Shown piece by piece: positions 39,697 through 52,551 of a DNA stretch of 64,000 bases (the stretch's first letter is position 1; each line of letters opens with the position of its first letter). The position numbers and the translations under genes were made by a program. This DNA is from an uncultured Actinomycetes bacterium (GTDB lineage Bacteria > Actinomycetota > UBA4738 > HRBIN12). Location: contig CAVPIB010000004.1 of assembly GCA_963704885.1 (NCBI GenBank), positions 1,024,001-1,088,000 on the forward strand. Reading direction: 5' to 3'. The notes beneath the pieces are model-generated. The model did no database searches, had not been told where the DNA came from, and saw nothing but the letters and a program-made list of their open reading frames with translations.

Positions 39697-41024
39697 GAGG
39701 CGTCTCCTCCCAACGGATCGAAGCCGTGCGGCTCGATCGACGAGTACCGCTCCCACAGGCGTCGGGCGACCTCCGAGGCTTTCGCCGCGAGTTCGTCTTG
39801 GTCGACCTTGACGAGCCGCCGTTCCCGCACCACGAGCTCGCCGGCCACGATGACGTCTCGCACAGCGCGGGAGGCGAGGCCGAACATCCGATGTCCGGCC
39901 AGGTTCTCGGCCGTCAGCGGGGTGGGCACAGGAGCATCGAGCACCACGAGATCCGCGGCGGCCCCGGGCTCGATCCGCCCGAACGCCGTCTCTTCGAAGA
40001 GCCTGCCCACGAGGCGGCCGCCCTCGGCCAGGCGTGCCGACGGCCATCCGATCGGGAACGAGACGTCGTCATCCCTGGCCCGGAAGTACGCAGCCTTGGC
40101 CTCCGCGAACATGTCGGCGCCGATGCCATCGGTGCCCAGCGCGACCCTATCGCCGAGCGCTGCGACCGCCGCATGACCGACCGAGTTGTTCATATTGGAC
40201 GTGGGGTTGTGCGCGACCGACGCACCCGACTCCCGCACGGACGCCGTCTCGGCTTCGTCAAGGTGGATGCAGTGGGCGAGCAGGGCGCCATCATGCAGCA
40301 CGCCCGCCTTCTCGAGCCTCGGAACCACCCTGATGCCGAAGCGCTCGACCGCGTCTCTTTGATCGCTCACGTCTTCAGCGACGTGGATGTGCAGGCCCGC
40401 GCCCGTCCGTGCCGACACATCCACGCACGCGTCGAGCGTCTCAGGCGAGAGCGTGAAGGACGCGTGGGCCCCCACCATGCCTCGCGCCAGGGGCCGGCGC
40501 TGCGCGAGGAACCGTTCGTTCTCAAGTACTCCAGCCGCGGCGATCCCGGCGCCGTCCCTGTCGCTCACCTCGTAGCAGAGCACCGACCGTATGCCGACCT
40601 CCTCGAGCGCGTTGGCCACGATGTCGAGCGAGCCGTCGACGGCGTTCGGGGATGCGTGGTGATCGACCACCGTGGTGGTTCCGCAGAGCAGCGCTTCCAT
40701 GCCGCCGACCAGCGCGGAAGCGCGGATCGACTCCTCATCCAACGCCCGGTCCAGCCGCCACCAGATGCGCTGGAGGATCTGCACGAAGTTCTCAGGTGGG
40801 GCGAGCCCGTAAGGCATGCCGCGCGCGAGAGCGGAATACAGATGGGTGTGGGCGCACACGTTGCCCGGCACGATCAGGCACCCGGTGCAATCGAGCCTGG
40901 TCCCGCCGCCGGTGGCACTCCCCGGCGCCGAAACGTGGCCGCCTTCCACCACCACGTCGGTCCGTTCGATCATGGGGGGCTCGAGCGCGGAGACCACCGT
41001 CCCCCCCGAGAGCACGAGGGTCAT
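39693..41024 (-). CDS. ssnA: SsnA-like amidohydrolase
   Basis: [80 protein letters not shown]. Confidence 0.85.
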   Translation of the reverse strand: MTLVLSGGTVVSALEPPMIERTDVVVEGGHVSAPGSATGGGTRLDCTGCLIVPGNVCAHTHLYSALARGMPYGLAPPENFVQILQRIWWRLDRALDEESIRASALVGGMEALLCGTTTVVDHHASPNAVDGSLDIVANALEEVGIRSVLCYEVSDRDGAGIAAAGVLENERFLAQRRPLARGMVGAHASFTLSPETLDACVDVSARTGAGLHIHVAEDVSDQRDAVERFGIRVVPRLEKAGVLHDGALLAHCIHLDEAETASVRESGASVAHNPTSNMNNSVGHAAVAALGDRVALGTDGIGADMFAEAKAAYFRARDDDVSFPIGWPSARLAEGGRLVGRLFEETAFGRIEPGAAADLVVLDAPVPTPLTAENLAGHRMFGLASRAVRDVIVAGELVVRERRLVKVDQDELAAKASEVARRLWERYSSIEPHGFDPLGGDAS

Positions 41025-41040
41025 CGTTCGCCCGCTCCGC

Positions 41041-43680
41041 CTACGCCCTCGCGCCTTCACCGGCCTCGGCGCGCGCCGAGGCCAGCCGCGGCACCGCCGC
41101 GCGGGCTGCAGGGGAATCGGTCATCGGCAACCGTGTCCTACGCACCCTGTCGAACGCATACAGCGCTCCGGCGACGGCACCGGCCGTCGGAACCAGGGCT
41201 ATCTCGCCGACGCCCTTAGCACCGTAGGGCCCCTCCGGCTGGTGCTCCTCTACGAAGATGCACTCGAGCGGCGGCATCCCCATCGGAGGGATGATGTTGA
41301 GCGACTTCAGCGTCTGCGTCATCGGGATGCCATCCGCCATCACGAGCTCCTCCGACAGCGAGTGTCCGAGACCCATGTGGAGTCCGCCCTCCACCTGTCC
41401 TTCCAGGAGCGTTGGATTGATGACCTTGCCGACGTCGTGTGCGGCGACGATCTTCTCGATAGCGCCGTCGTCGTCAAGGATCACCACCTGGGTCGCCCAG
41501 CCGTAGGCGAAATGCGTTGCGGACCCCTCGGGCCCTTCGCCGGGCTTGTGCGTCCAGTCGATCAACACCTCGCCATAGAACTCTTGTCCCGCAAGGTCTT
41601 CTAGGCGTCCACCGTTCATCGCGGCCTTGAGCTTGGCCGCCGCCTCGATGACTGCTCGCCCGCCCAGCACGGTCGCGCGTGAGGCTGTCGTCTGCCCCGT
41701 GCCGAGCTCCCGCATCGTGTCGACGACGACCACCACGCGGTCCGGTGTAAGACCGAGCTCCTCGCACGCGATCTGCATCAGAGCCGTGTTCGAGCCCTGG
41801 CCCATCTCGGTCCATGAGTGGAACAGGGTCACGCCGCCGTCAGATCCCGGTCGCAGGATCGCCTTCCCGTACTCCGGGAGGCCGTTGCCGATGCCCGTGT
41901 TCTTCACGCCGCACGCAACGCCAGCGTGTTTCGCGCCTCGATAGGCATCTTTGACCGCGAGCAGCGTTCTCTTGAGACCCACGCCGGGGCCCAGAACCTG
42001 ACCGGTCGAGAACGTATCGCCGACCTCCAGCGCGTTGCGCCAGCGGATCTCCCAGCCGTCGATCCCCACCTTCTCGGCCAAGATGTCCATCATGCCCTCG
42101 ATGGCGAAGTTCGACTGGTTGGCACCGAAGCCGCGCATCGCCCCGCACGGTGGGTTGTTCGTGAAGACCGCGCGAGCCTCGATATCCACGTTCGGCACCC
42201 GGTACGCGCTGCAGGCGTGACCCGCAGCTCGTTCGAGGACCTTGTCGCCCACGCTCGCGTACGCGCCGGTATCTCCCACCATCCGGCTCCGGACCGCCAC
42301 CAGCCGGCCCTCTTCGTCGCAGCCGACCGTGTACTCCATGGTGATGGGGTGTCGCTTCGGGTGGAAGCGGATGCTTTCGGCCCTGGAGAGCGTGAGGAGA
42401 ACGGGCCGTCCCGTCATGCGCGCCAGCAAGCATGCATGCGTCTGGACGTTCAGGTCCTCCTTGGCACCGAAAGCGCCGCCGTTGGAGACCTGGGTCACGC
42501 GCACCTGATCGTTGGGCACCCCGAGGAAGGACGCGATCTGGTCTCGGTCTTCCCAGACACCCTGCCCCTGGGAGAAGCAGTGGATGCCTTCGTCGGTCGG
42601 CATAGCGAAGGCCGACTCGGGCTCCAGGAAGGCATGTTCGATGAACTGCGTCCGGAAGGTCTCGGTGGCAACGTGCGCGGCCGTCGCCAGCGCACCGTCC
42701 ACGTCGCCCCGCTTGACCTCGGAGATCGAGAAGAGATTGCCGTTCTCGTGGATCTCCGGAGCACCGTCGGCGATCGCGTCGAATGGATCGGTGACGGGCT
42801 CGAGGACCTCGTACTCGACATCGATCAGAGCCGCAGCCTCTCGCGCGGCCACGCGGTCTTCCGCCGCTACGACGGCCATGACGTCGCCGACGTAGCTCGT
42901 GATCTCGCCCTCCGCGACGAACTGTCGCCAGTCCTTGACGATCAACCCCTGCCTTCGCTCCCCCGGCACGTCCTTCCACGTGGCGACGGCCGCGACGCCG
43001 GGGTATGCCTCAGCCCTCGACGTGTCGATCTTCGTGATGAGCGCGCGCGGATGCTCGGACCAGGCAACGGCCCCGTGCAGCATGCGGGGCGCCTTCATGT
43101 CGTTGATGTAGGCCTTGTCGCCGAGCGCGAGGTCGTGCCCCTGGTACCTGGCCGTCCTAGACCCGACGCGGCCGCTACGGTCGATCTCGGGCATCGGCTC
43201 GCCACGCCTGGCCCCGGCCACCAACCGGATGGCGTCGATGATCTTGACGTAGCCGGTGCACCGGCAGAGGTTCCCGGCGAGCGCCTTGGCCACATCCTCA
43301 CGAGACGGGTTCGGGCTCTTCGCCAGTAGCGATTCGGACTTCATCACGATGCCGGGCGAGCAGAACCCGCACTGGGACGCTCCGGCCGCGACGAAGCAGT
43401 CCGCCCACTGGTGCCGCCGATCGGGTGTGAGTCCCTCCTGGGTCGTGATGCTCTTCCCGATGAACCTGGCGGCAGGCTGCGCGCACGATACGACGGCCTT
43501 CGCGTCGACCAACACGGTGCAGGCGCCGCACGATCCTTCCGGCGCGCATCCGTCCTTGACCGACGTGACACCGCAGCCCACGCGCAGGAGGTCGAGGAGG
43601 CTGGCGCCCCCGCCGACCTCGACGGACATCGGCTCACCGTTGAGTATGAATTCCACCCTGAGCCTCCGGTCCCGAGCCAT
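41041..43680 (-). CDS. xdh: Selenium-dependent-type xanthine dehydrogenase family molybdoenzyme (fused 2Fe-2S + Moco, no FAD domain)
   Basis: SVKDGCAPEGSCGAC, QCGFCSPG, CRCTGYVKI, EHAFLEPES, GGAFGAKEDL, KRHP, KNTGIGNG, TTASR, GAKGVGEI; context with ssnA/ygeXYW. Confidence 0.82.
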   Translation of the reverse strand: MARDRRLRVEFILNGEPMSVEVGGGASLLDLLRVGCGVTSVKDGCAPEGSCGACTVLVDAKAVVSCAQPAARFIGKSITTQEGLTPDRRHQWADCFVAAGASQCGFCSPGIVMKSESLLAKSPNPSREDVAKALAGNLCRCTGYVKIIDAIRLVAGARRGEPMPEIDRSGRVGSRTARYQGHDLALGDKAYINDMKAPRMLHGAVAWSEHPRALITKIDTSRAEAYPGVAAVATWKDVPGERRQGLIVKDWRQFVAEGEITSYVGDVMAVVAAEDRVAAREAAALIDVEYEVLEPVTDPFDAIADGAPEIHENGNLFSISEVKRGDVDGALATAAHVATETFRTQFIEHAFLEPESAFAMPTDEGIHCFSQGQGVWEDRDQIASFLGVPNDQVRVTQVSNGGAFGAKEDLNVQTHACLLARMTGRPVLLTLSRAESIRFHPKRHPITMEYTVGCDEEGRLVAVRSRMVGDTGAYASVGDKVLERAAGHACSAYRVPNVDIEARAVFTNNPPCGAMRGFGANQSNFAIEGMMDILAEKVGIDGWEIRWRNALEVGDTFSTGQVLGPGVGLKRTLLAVKDAYRGAKHAGVACGVKNTGIGNGLPEYGKAILRPGSDGGVTLFHSWTEMGQGSNTALMQIACEELGLTPDRVVVVVDTMRELGTGQTTASRATVLGGRAVIEAAAKLKAAMNGGRLEDLAGQEFYGEVLIDWTHKPGEGPEGSATHFAYGWATQVVILDDDGAIEKIVAAHDVGKVINPTLLEGQVEGGLHMGLGHSLSEELVMADGIPMTQTLKSLNIIPPMGMPPLECIFVEEHQPEGPYGAKGVGEIALVPTAGAVAGALYAFDRVRRTRLPMTDSPAARAAVPRLASARAEAGEGARA

Positions 43681-43703
43681 GCTGGCCCGCGTTCAACGAG
43701 TCG

Positions 43704-44848
43704 TCAATCCGTGCCCACGATCTGGCGATAGGCCTGTGGGTCGGTTGCCCCTTCCGTAGAGACCACCAGCACGGTGCTGCCACCGTCGACGCCCAGCGAG
43801 CGCCGCGCGTCCTCAGCGGAGGGGCCGGTCAGGACTTCGAGCAGCCCGCCCAACCCCGAGGCGCCGGACTCCCCGGAAACGATGCCCTCCTTCGCGAGCA
43901 GTCGCATCGCCTCGCGCGCACGTTCGTCCTCGATCGCGACGAACACATCGATACCACGGGAGAGCACGGGCCAAGCGATCAGCGACGGCGTCCCGCAGTT
44001 GAGGCCAACCATGATCGAGCGGTGAGGACCCGGAACGCTCACGACCGTTCCCGCGCGAGCGGACTCGAGCGCACAGTCGGCGTCGAGGGGCTCGACGCCG
44101 ACGATCGCCGTGTGTCCGACAGCGTCGGGGCTCCGCAGATGCTGCACCACCGCACACGCGAAGGCCCCAACGCCGATCTGGGCGGCCGCGAGGTCGATCC
44201 GGTCGCCTGTCGCATCGAGCGCTCCCTGCACCTCGCGCATCACCGTTCCGTATCCCTCGATGATCCACCGCGGAACGCGGTCGTAGCCGGGCCAGGAGGT
44301 GTCGGAGATCACGAGGCAGTCATCAGACGCCTCGGCCGCCGATCGACGGATCGTCTCGTCGTAGTCGCCGTCCACCACGGTCACGCGGGCGCCCTCCGAC
44401 GCGATCGCAGCGATGCGCGCGTCCGACGTCCCTTCAGGCACGAGGATGTCAGCGCCCAGGCCCAGGAGCGCCGCCATCCGCGCGACCGCTCGGCCGTGGT
44501 TCCCGTCGGTCGCCGCCGCGAGCGAAAGGGGCTTGATCGGTGCCAACAGCTCGCCGAGTTGATCGAACGTCTCCCAAGCGGGGAGCGGATCGCCCAGCTT
44601 CTCCAGGACCGCTCGATAGACGGCCCAGGACGCGCCGAGGATCTTGAACGAGGGCAGGCCGAACCGGCTGGACTCGTCCTTCACGAGGACGCGGGCGACC
44701 CCAAGAGCTGCGGCGATACCAGGCGCGCTCAGCAATGGCGACGGCTCGTACCCAGGCAAGCGCTCGTGGAACCGCAGAGGCTCCGGCGTTGGTGGCTCAT
44801 CCAGGCGGAACCGCCGCGCCTCTTCTAGGTTGTCGAACCGCTCGCTCC

Positions 44849-44852
<4 letters not shown>
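43704..44852 (-). CDS. dpaL: Diaminopropionate ammonia-lyase (YgeX/DpaL)
   Basis: [64 protein letters not shown]. Confidence 0.9.
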
Positions 44853-46341
<1,489 letters not shown>

Positions 46342-46345
<4 letters not shown>

Positions 46346-47340
46346 ACTCGAAACCCGCCCATGGTGAGAGCCATGAGGGCCTTCCCCGTGTGTAGGCGGT
46401 TCTCGGCTTCCTGGAAGACGACCGAGTGCGGCCCGTCGATCACCTCGTCGGTGACCTCCGAGCCTCGGTCGGCCGGCAGGCAATGCATGTAGAGGGAGTC
46501 CTCTCGCGCGAGCGACATCCGGCGAGCGTCGCAGATCCAGTCCTGATACTTCGAGCCGTCGGCAAGTGCTTCCTGCTCGTTGCCGAACAGATCCAGCCGG
46601 CCCCAAGACTTCGGATAGACCACGTCGGCGCCTTCGAATGCTGCGTCCATGTCGTCTACGAAAGTGATCGAGCCTCCACCCTGCGCGGCGGCGTCTTCGG
46701 CTCGCTTCTGCAGCTCGGGCATGAAGCCGTAGCCCGGCGGATGGGCTACTACAACCTCTGCGCCGAATCGCGGAAGGAGAGCCACCAGGCCCTGCGGCAC
46801 CGAGATCGGCTTCGCGTAGGACGGCGCGTGCGCCCAGCTGACGGCAACACGTAGCCCCCGGATGTCGTTGCCGCGAAGCTCTCTGATGGTCATGAGATCC
46901 GCGAGCGTCTGCGTCGGGTGGTCCACGTCGCACTGGAGGTTGATCACGGGCACCTCCGCCCACTCGGCGACCGCGCGCATATACGCATTGCCCTCATACG
47001 GAACGAGGTCATGACGGATCGCGATGCCGTGCCCGTAGCTCGAGAGGATGATGCCGAAGTCCTTCGGGCTCTCGCCGTGCGCCACCTGCGTCTTCTCGGC
47101 GTCGAGATAGTGGGCGTGTCCCCCCAACTGGGTCATCCCTGCCTCGAAAGCGTTGCGGGTCCTCGTCGACTTGTCGAGGAACAACATGAACAGCGTCTTG
47201 TCGGGAAGCAGGCGGTGCGCCTCGCCCCGCTTGAACTTGTCCTTCAGCTCCCCGGCGACGTCGAGAGCCTCGTCGATCGCCTCGACTGACCAATCGAGCG
47301 TCTCGATGTAGTCGTGTCCGGCCAGCGTCTCGCGATCCAC
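46342..47340 (-). CDS. ygeW: YgeW-like carbamoyltransferase
   Basis: [16 protein letters not shown], YgeW-type [30 protein letters not shown]. Confidence 0.78.
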
Positions 47341-47374
47341 CCCTGGTCCTCCTCTCGCCTCGGAAAGTCTGGGC

Positions 47375-48595
47375 TCAGCTCGACCCCGCACCCGACGCCG
47401 CAAGGTACCGCTCGGGGAAGGCCGCGTACCACGCTGCGGCCGTGGCGAGATGTTCGACCGGACACTGGTCGTCGACGCTGTGCGCGTAGATCTCGTTCGC
47501 GGGCCCGAACCCGATCGTCGGGATCCCGAGCTCCCCGGCGCTCGAGACGCCGTTCGTCGAGAAGATCCAACGGCTGACCTTCGGGGTCCGGCCGAGGGCG
47601 TGCTCGCCGGCCTCGACCCCTGCCTTCACGGAAGGATGAGCTTCATCCGTCACCCAGGTCGGGAAGTACTTGGGCGTCTTGAGCGTGAGCCCGGTGTAGG
47701 CCTTGCCCTCGTACTGCACGAGCTCGATCTGCGCGTCCCCGTCCTGGACGGCCGGCAGCGACTCCAGCTCGGCCTGGGACGACTCCACCGACTCGCCGAT
47801 CGTCAGGCGCCTGTCGAGGAAGATCGTGCATCCGTCCGGCACGGCGTTCAGCGAGGGCGTCTGGCACTCCACCTTCGAGACGACGACGGTCCCTTTGCCC
47901 AGGAACGGATCGGGGGCGAGTCGCTCGTTCAGTTGCTCGATCTGCTGGGCGATCGGAGCCATCATGTAGATGGCGTTGACCCCGCGCTCGGGAGCCGAGG
48001 CGTGGGCCGCCTTGCCGCGCGTGTGGATAGCGAACTCCGCGCGCCCACGGTGCCCCCGGTATACCTGCAGGTTCGTCGCCTCACCGAGCACGACCACCTC
48101 GGCTTTGGGGATCACGTTCGTCAGGAGGTATCCGAGCGCCAACCCGTCGCAGTCCTCCTCTTGGACGGTACCCACTACCCATAATGTGAACCTCGACGTG
48201 TCGATGCCGAGGCGTCGGATGAGCGACGCGCCGTAGACCATCGAGGCGATCGCCGCCTTGTTGTCCGAAGCGCCGCGGCCGTACAGGACGCCACCTTCGA
48301 TCCTGGCTTTGAACGGATCGGACTTCCACAGGCTTAGGTCGCCGGTGTCGACCACGTCGATGTGGGAGTCGTAGACGATGTGGACGGGGCCGTCACCGAT
48401 GCGACCGATCACGCTGCCGAACCCATCGACGATGACCTCGTCGAAACCCATCCGCGTCATCTCGTTGCCGATGCGCTGCACGACCGAGTTCTCGTCCCTC
48501 GACAGGCTCGGCAAGGAGACCAAGTCGGCCAGGAAGGACGTCACCGCCTCGGAATCCCGATCGGCTTCCTTCTGGTAGCGCTCGTCGAGCTTCAT
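47375..48595 (-). CDS. ygeY: YgeY family M20 hydrolase
   Basis: DSHIDVV, GRGASDNK, GTVQEEDCDG, YRGHRGR, HASAPERGVNAIY, SLNAVPD, RWIFSTNGV, GFGPANE..AH. Confidence 0.88.
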   Translation of the reverse strand: MKLDERYQKEADRDSEAVTSFLADLVSLPSLSRDENSVVQRIGNEMTRMGFDEVIVDGFGSVIGRIGDGPVHIVYDSHIDVVDTGDLSLWKSDPFKARIEGGVLYGRGASDNKAAIASMVYGASLIRRLGIDTSRFTLWVVGTVQEEDCDGLALGYLLTNVIPKAEVVVLGEATNLQVYRGHRGRAEFAIHTRGKAAHASAPERGVNAIYMMAPIAQQIEQLNERLAPDPFLGKGTVVVSKVECQTPSLNAVPDGCTIFLDRRLTIGESVESSQAELESLPAVQDGDAQIELVQYEGKAYTGLTLKTPKYFPTWVTDEAHPSVKAGVEAGEHALGRTPKVSRWIFSTNGVSSAGELGIPTIGFGPANEIYAHSVDDQCPVEHLATAAAWYAAFPERYLAASGAGSS

Positions 48596-48696
48596 CCGTC
48601 AACCCTCCGGCCCCAGGCCGTCCCCCGGCGGGTAGCCATCCGCGATAGCCGTCGACATCCCGCCGACAAGCCTTCACCGGCAGTAAACCACAGGCG

Positions 48697-48729
48697 GCTG
48701 GACGGGCTGCCGTAGGCAGCCCGTCCAGC
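48697..48729. terminator. Perfect 15-bp hairpin downstream of the ABC substrate-binding gene (terminator or mRNA stabiliser)
   Basis: GCTGGACGGGCTGCC-GTA-GGCAGCCCGTCCAGC. Confidence 0.65.
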
Positions 48730-48773
48730 TACTCCACCCGACCTCAGGCCGGCTCAGTCACCCGCGGCGATCC

Positions 48774-49932
48774 TTACGCGCCGCCCTCCTCGAGCGTGAC
48801 CTCCGTCGGCGCATAGCTATCGCCGGACGTGTCAACGCCCAGATCGGCCAAGGCCGCGAGCGCCTCGTTCACGATGTCGTTCGTCCACGCCCCATCGGTC
48901 GGCTCCGCGGTAAGCACCGTGGCTCCCTCCAGGTTCGGAGTATCCATCGCGATCTGGACCGTGCGGTCCCACGCGGCCTCGTCGATCACGCCGATCCCGT
49001 TCGAGGACGGCCAGATCAGCTGGTTGATCTCGTTCATCTGCCACAGCTGGTGGCTGTTGCCGAGCTTCGAGCCCTTCGCCACGACGATGTCGCGGCACTC
49101 CTCGACGTTGTCCCGGCAGTAAGCCCATCCCTGCAGCGACGCGGTCACGAACCGTACCGCCATGTCGCGGTATGCGGCGTCGGACTCGAGCTTGTCGGCG
49201 TTCGCCCAGATCGCATCCTGCAGCATGCCGACGCCCTCGCCCTCGTAAGACACGACGTTCAGCTCGTCCGGCGTGTACAGCTCACCCGTGTCCGGGTTCA
49301 CGGCCTCCAGCACCTGCGCGTACTCGTTGTAGATCATGGCCTCGGCGGCGTCGATGTCGCCCGACAGCAGCCCAAGCATGTCGAACTGCTGCTGCACCAA
49401 CGAGACGTCGTTAGCGGGGTCGAGGCTCTTCCTTGGCCAGGGCGGCGAAGATCTCGTACTCGTTGCCGAAACCCCAGTTGCCGATCGTCTTTCCGGCGAA
49501 GTCGGCGGCCGACGTGATCCCGGCGTCCTTGAACGAGACCTGCAGCGTGCCGGAACGCTGGAACACCTGCGCGATGTTCACGATGTTCGCCCCGGCCTCG
49601 CGGCTCGCGAGGGCCTTCGGGACCCACGCCATCGCGAAGTCCACGGCGCCATCGGCGAGCTGCTGCTGGGGCACGATGTCGACGCCGCCCTCGACGATCG
49701 TCACGTCCAGGCACTGGTCGGCGTAGAAGCCCTTGTCCTGCGCCGCGAAGAACCCTGCGAACTGAGCCTGGATGAACCACTGCAGCTGGAGCTTGACCGA
49801 GTCGGTCGTCGTGCACTCCTCTTCGCCGCCGCCGCCGCCCCCGCCTCCTCCGTCGTCGTTGCTACATGCTGCGCCCACGAGCGCGAGCGCCACCACCCCT
49901 GCGGCGATGAGACGGAATCGATGACCCCTCAT
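48774..49932 (-). CDS. ABC transporter substrate-binding lipoprotein, NMT1/THI5-like (apparent 1-nt insertion near 49427)
   Basis: Lipobox VGAAC; LQLQWFIQAQFAGFFAA, AQVFQRSG; LAKE(G)LDPANDVSLVQQQFDM joins the two ORF-track fragments. Confidence 0.85.
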
Positions 49933-50000
49933 GTGTTGCCTCCTCCCCCCGGGGCGACAGCCCCGCTCGAACTTCTCTCAAGACGATCGGCCATCATGCC

Positions 50001-50813
50001 CTATCGAGACGTCGGCCGCCGACCCGGCGTGGCGACGCGCTCCAACCCCACCGCGATCAGGTAGAACGTGAGCCCCAGGAGGCAGGCCCCCATCACGTAG
50101 GCCCAGGCCGATGCGTTCTTCGAGATCGCGATGCTCGCGACTATCCGGCTCCCCAGGCCGTTCTGGCTGCCGCCGAAGTACTCCGAGACGAACGCCGTGA
50201 TAACGGCGGCCGGCGCCGCGATCCTGAGCGCCGTGAACAGGTACGGCACCGCGTTCGGCACCCGGACCTTCCGCAGGATCGCGACCTCGCTGGCCGCGTA
50301 GGAGCGCATCAACTCGAGCTGCGTCGGACCGACCTCCCTTAGACCTCTGGCCACATTCACCAATACGATGAAATAGACGACGAGGCTCACCATCAGCCGC
50401 CGAGGCACCTCGCTGGTGATCGAGAACATGTTATTGAACACCGACACCAGGACGAAGATCGGTACCGCGTTGAGTCCGATCGCGAGCGGCGTGACCAGGT
50501 CGTTCAACAGGCGGAACCGCACCAGCAGGAAGCTCATCGTGATGCCGAGCCCGGTTCCCACCAGCAACCCGATCAGGGCGTTCAGCCCGGAGACCTTCGT
50601 CGCGTTCCATATCAGGGTCGTGTTCTCGTTGAACTGCTGCCAGATCGAAGTCGGTGCCGGCAGGAAGTAGGGCTTGAAGTCGAACACCTTCACGGCGAGC
50701 TCCCAGAGCACGAGGAACCCGAGACCGAACACGACCGGCGGCCACAGGGACTGGAACAGCGACCCGGTCGAGCGGGTCCGCCGGGCCTGGCTGGACGCCA
50801 GCGCGGAGCTCAC
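50001..50813 (-). CDS. ABC transporter permease (TauC/SsuC-like)
   Basis: YFLPAP, EAA-like ELMRSYAAS...KVRVPNAVPYLF, SEYFGG. Confidence 0.9.
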   Translation of the reverse strand: MSSALASSQARRTRSTGSLFQSLWPPVVFGLGFLVLWELAVKVFDFKPYFLPAPTSIWQQFNENTTLIWNATKVSGLNALIGLLVGTGLGITMSFLLVRFRLLNDLVTPLAIGLNAVPIFVLVSVFNNMFSITSEVPRRLMVSLVVYFIVLVNVARGLREVGPTQLELMRSYAASEVAILRKVRVPNAVPYLFTALRIAAPAAVITAFVSEYFGGSQNGLGSRIVASIAISKNASAWAYVMGACLLGLTFYLIAVGLERVATPGRRPTSR

Positions 50814-51649
50814 GGTTCCAGCACCGCCTCGTCCAGGTCGGTCACCTGCATCCCGCGGAGTGCCTCGCGCACCTCCGTGACCTTCCGGAAGAAGGCAGCG
50901 TCCTCGCGCGTGTCGACGTCGCGCCGAGCACCCAGGTCAACGTCGATCATGGTCTTGATCCGGCCCGGCCGCGGAGACATCACGACCACTCGGGTCGACA
51001 GGTAGACAGCCTCTGGGATCGAGTGGGTCACGAACACGACCGTGGTCTCGGTCTCGCCGCAGATCCGAAGGAGCTCGGTCTGCATGTGCTCGCGGGTCAT
51101 CTCGTCCAGGGCGCCGAACGGCTCGTCCATCAGCAGCAGCGGCGGGTGCGCGGCCAGCGCGCGGGCGATCGCCACGCGCTGTTGCATGCCACCCGAGAGC
51201 TGCCACGGAAGATGATCCGCGAACTCCGGTAGCTTCACGAGCTCCAACATCTCCATCGCGCGCTTGCGCCGTTCCTCCTTGCCACGGCCCTTCAGCTCCA
51301 GCGGCAGCTCCACGTTCTTCGCAACCGTGCGCCATTCGAACAGGCCGGCATGCTGGAACGCCATGCCGTAGTCCTGGTCCAACCGCGCCTGCCGCGCAGG
51401 CTTTCCGTTCACCAGGACCTCGCCGGAGGTGGGCTCCAGCAGGTTCGCGATCAACCGGAGCTGTGTGGACTTCCCGCATCCCGACGGCCCGATCAGCGAG
51501 ACGAACTCCCCAGGCGAGATCGTCAGGTCTATGTCCACCAGCGCGTCGACCGCATTGGGCAGCCCGGCGTTGAACGTCTTCGTCAGGTCCCTGACCTCGA
51601 CGGCAGCCGCGGCCGGCGCATCGGAGATCACGCTCTTGGGATCGCTCAT
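50810..51649 (-). CDS. ABC transporter ATP-binding protein
   Basis: GPSGCGKST, LSGGMQQR, LLMDEPFGALD, VTHS. Confidence 0.93.
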   Translation of the reverse strand: MSDPKSVISDAPAAAAVEVRDLTKTFNAGLPNAVDALVDIDLTISPGEFVSLIGPSGCGKSTQLRLIANLLEPTSGEVLVNGKPARQARLDQDYGMAFQHAGLFEWRTVAKNVELPLELKGRGKEERRKRAMEMLELVKLPEFADHLPWQLSGGMQQRVAIARALAAHPPLLLMDEPFGALDEMTREHMQTELLRICGETETTVVFVTHSIPEAVYLSTRVVVMSPRPGRIKTMIDVDLGARRDVDTREDAAFFRKVTEVREALRGMQVTDLDEAVLEP

Positions 51650-52551
51650 CCCGCGGCCTCCTTCGGCGGACGGTTCCGCATCGTGGCCAGGTCGATGACG
51701 GCGACCAGCCCTGCCATCACAAGCCCGATCGCCGCGGCCCCGAACACCGCCGTGAAGACCTTCGCGGGATCGCTCGTCGCCTCTCGCGCGTACTCGATGA
51801 TCAGCCTCCCCACTCCCCCGGCCAGCCCGGTCGAGATCTCGGCCACGACCACCCCGATCACCGAGGCCGTTGCCGCCAGCTTCAGAGCCGGGATCATGAA
51901 CGGAACCGCCGCTGGGAACCGCAGCTTGAAGAGCGTCTGGCGCCAAGACGCCGCGTAGGAGTCCATCAGCTCCAGCGATGTCGGCTGCGGCGCCGAGGTC
52001 AGGCCCTTCAACGTCCCGACGGCGACCGGGAAGAACGCCAGGAACGCGCCCAGCACGGCCGCCGAGAGCCATCGCGGCCACTCGAACCCACCGATGTGGA
52101 GCTTGCCTCCCCAGCTCACGACGAGCGGCGCCAGCGCGATCAGCGGCACCGTCTGGCTGATCACCAGGTACGGCAGCAGGCCGCGCTCCACGACCTTGTA
52201 CCGCGCCATCAGCACGGCCAGGCCGATGCCGATCAACGTCCCGAAGACGAAGCCCGTCATCGCCAAACGGAACGAGAACCACGCGCCCGACAGGACCACC
52301 AGGAAGATCGAGCTGGACGCGCCTCGCCGCTCGGGCCGGGCATAACGCGAGAGCATCTCCCACACGTGCGGCATCGCGGTGTCGTTCGCCCGCGGCAGGA
52401 TCTTCATGCCGAAGACCTGCCCGCCGTCCTGCGGACCCACCAGCTTGTAGAGCTCCCACAGGACCGCGACAGATACGAGCGCCAGCATGAACATCCAGGC
52501 GCGCCGTATCCGCGGTCGCGACAGCGCTCCCCCCAACCCCGCGGTCGTCAC
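51646..52551 (-). CDS. ABC transporter permease
   Basis: SQTVPLIALAP, FFPVAV, ELMDSYAAS...KLRFPAAVP. Confidence 0.9.
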   Translation of the reverse strand: MTTAGLGGALSRPRIRRAWMFMLALVSVAVLWELYKLVGPQDGGQVFGMKILPRANDTAMPHVWEMLSRYARPERRGASSSIFLVVLSGAWFSFRLAMTGFVFGTLIGIGLAVLMARYKVVERGLLPYLVISQTVPLIALAPLVVSWGGKLHIGGFEWPRWLSAAVLGAFLAFFPVAVGTLKGLTSAPQPTSLELMDSYAASWRQTLFKLRFPAAVPFMIPALKLAATASVIGVVVAEISTGLAGGVGRLIIEYAREATSDPAKVFTAVFGAAAIGLVMAGLVAVIDLATMRNRPPKEAAG

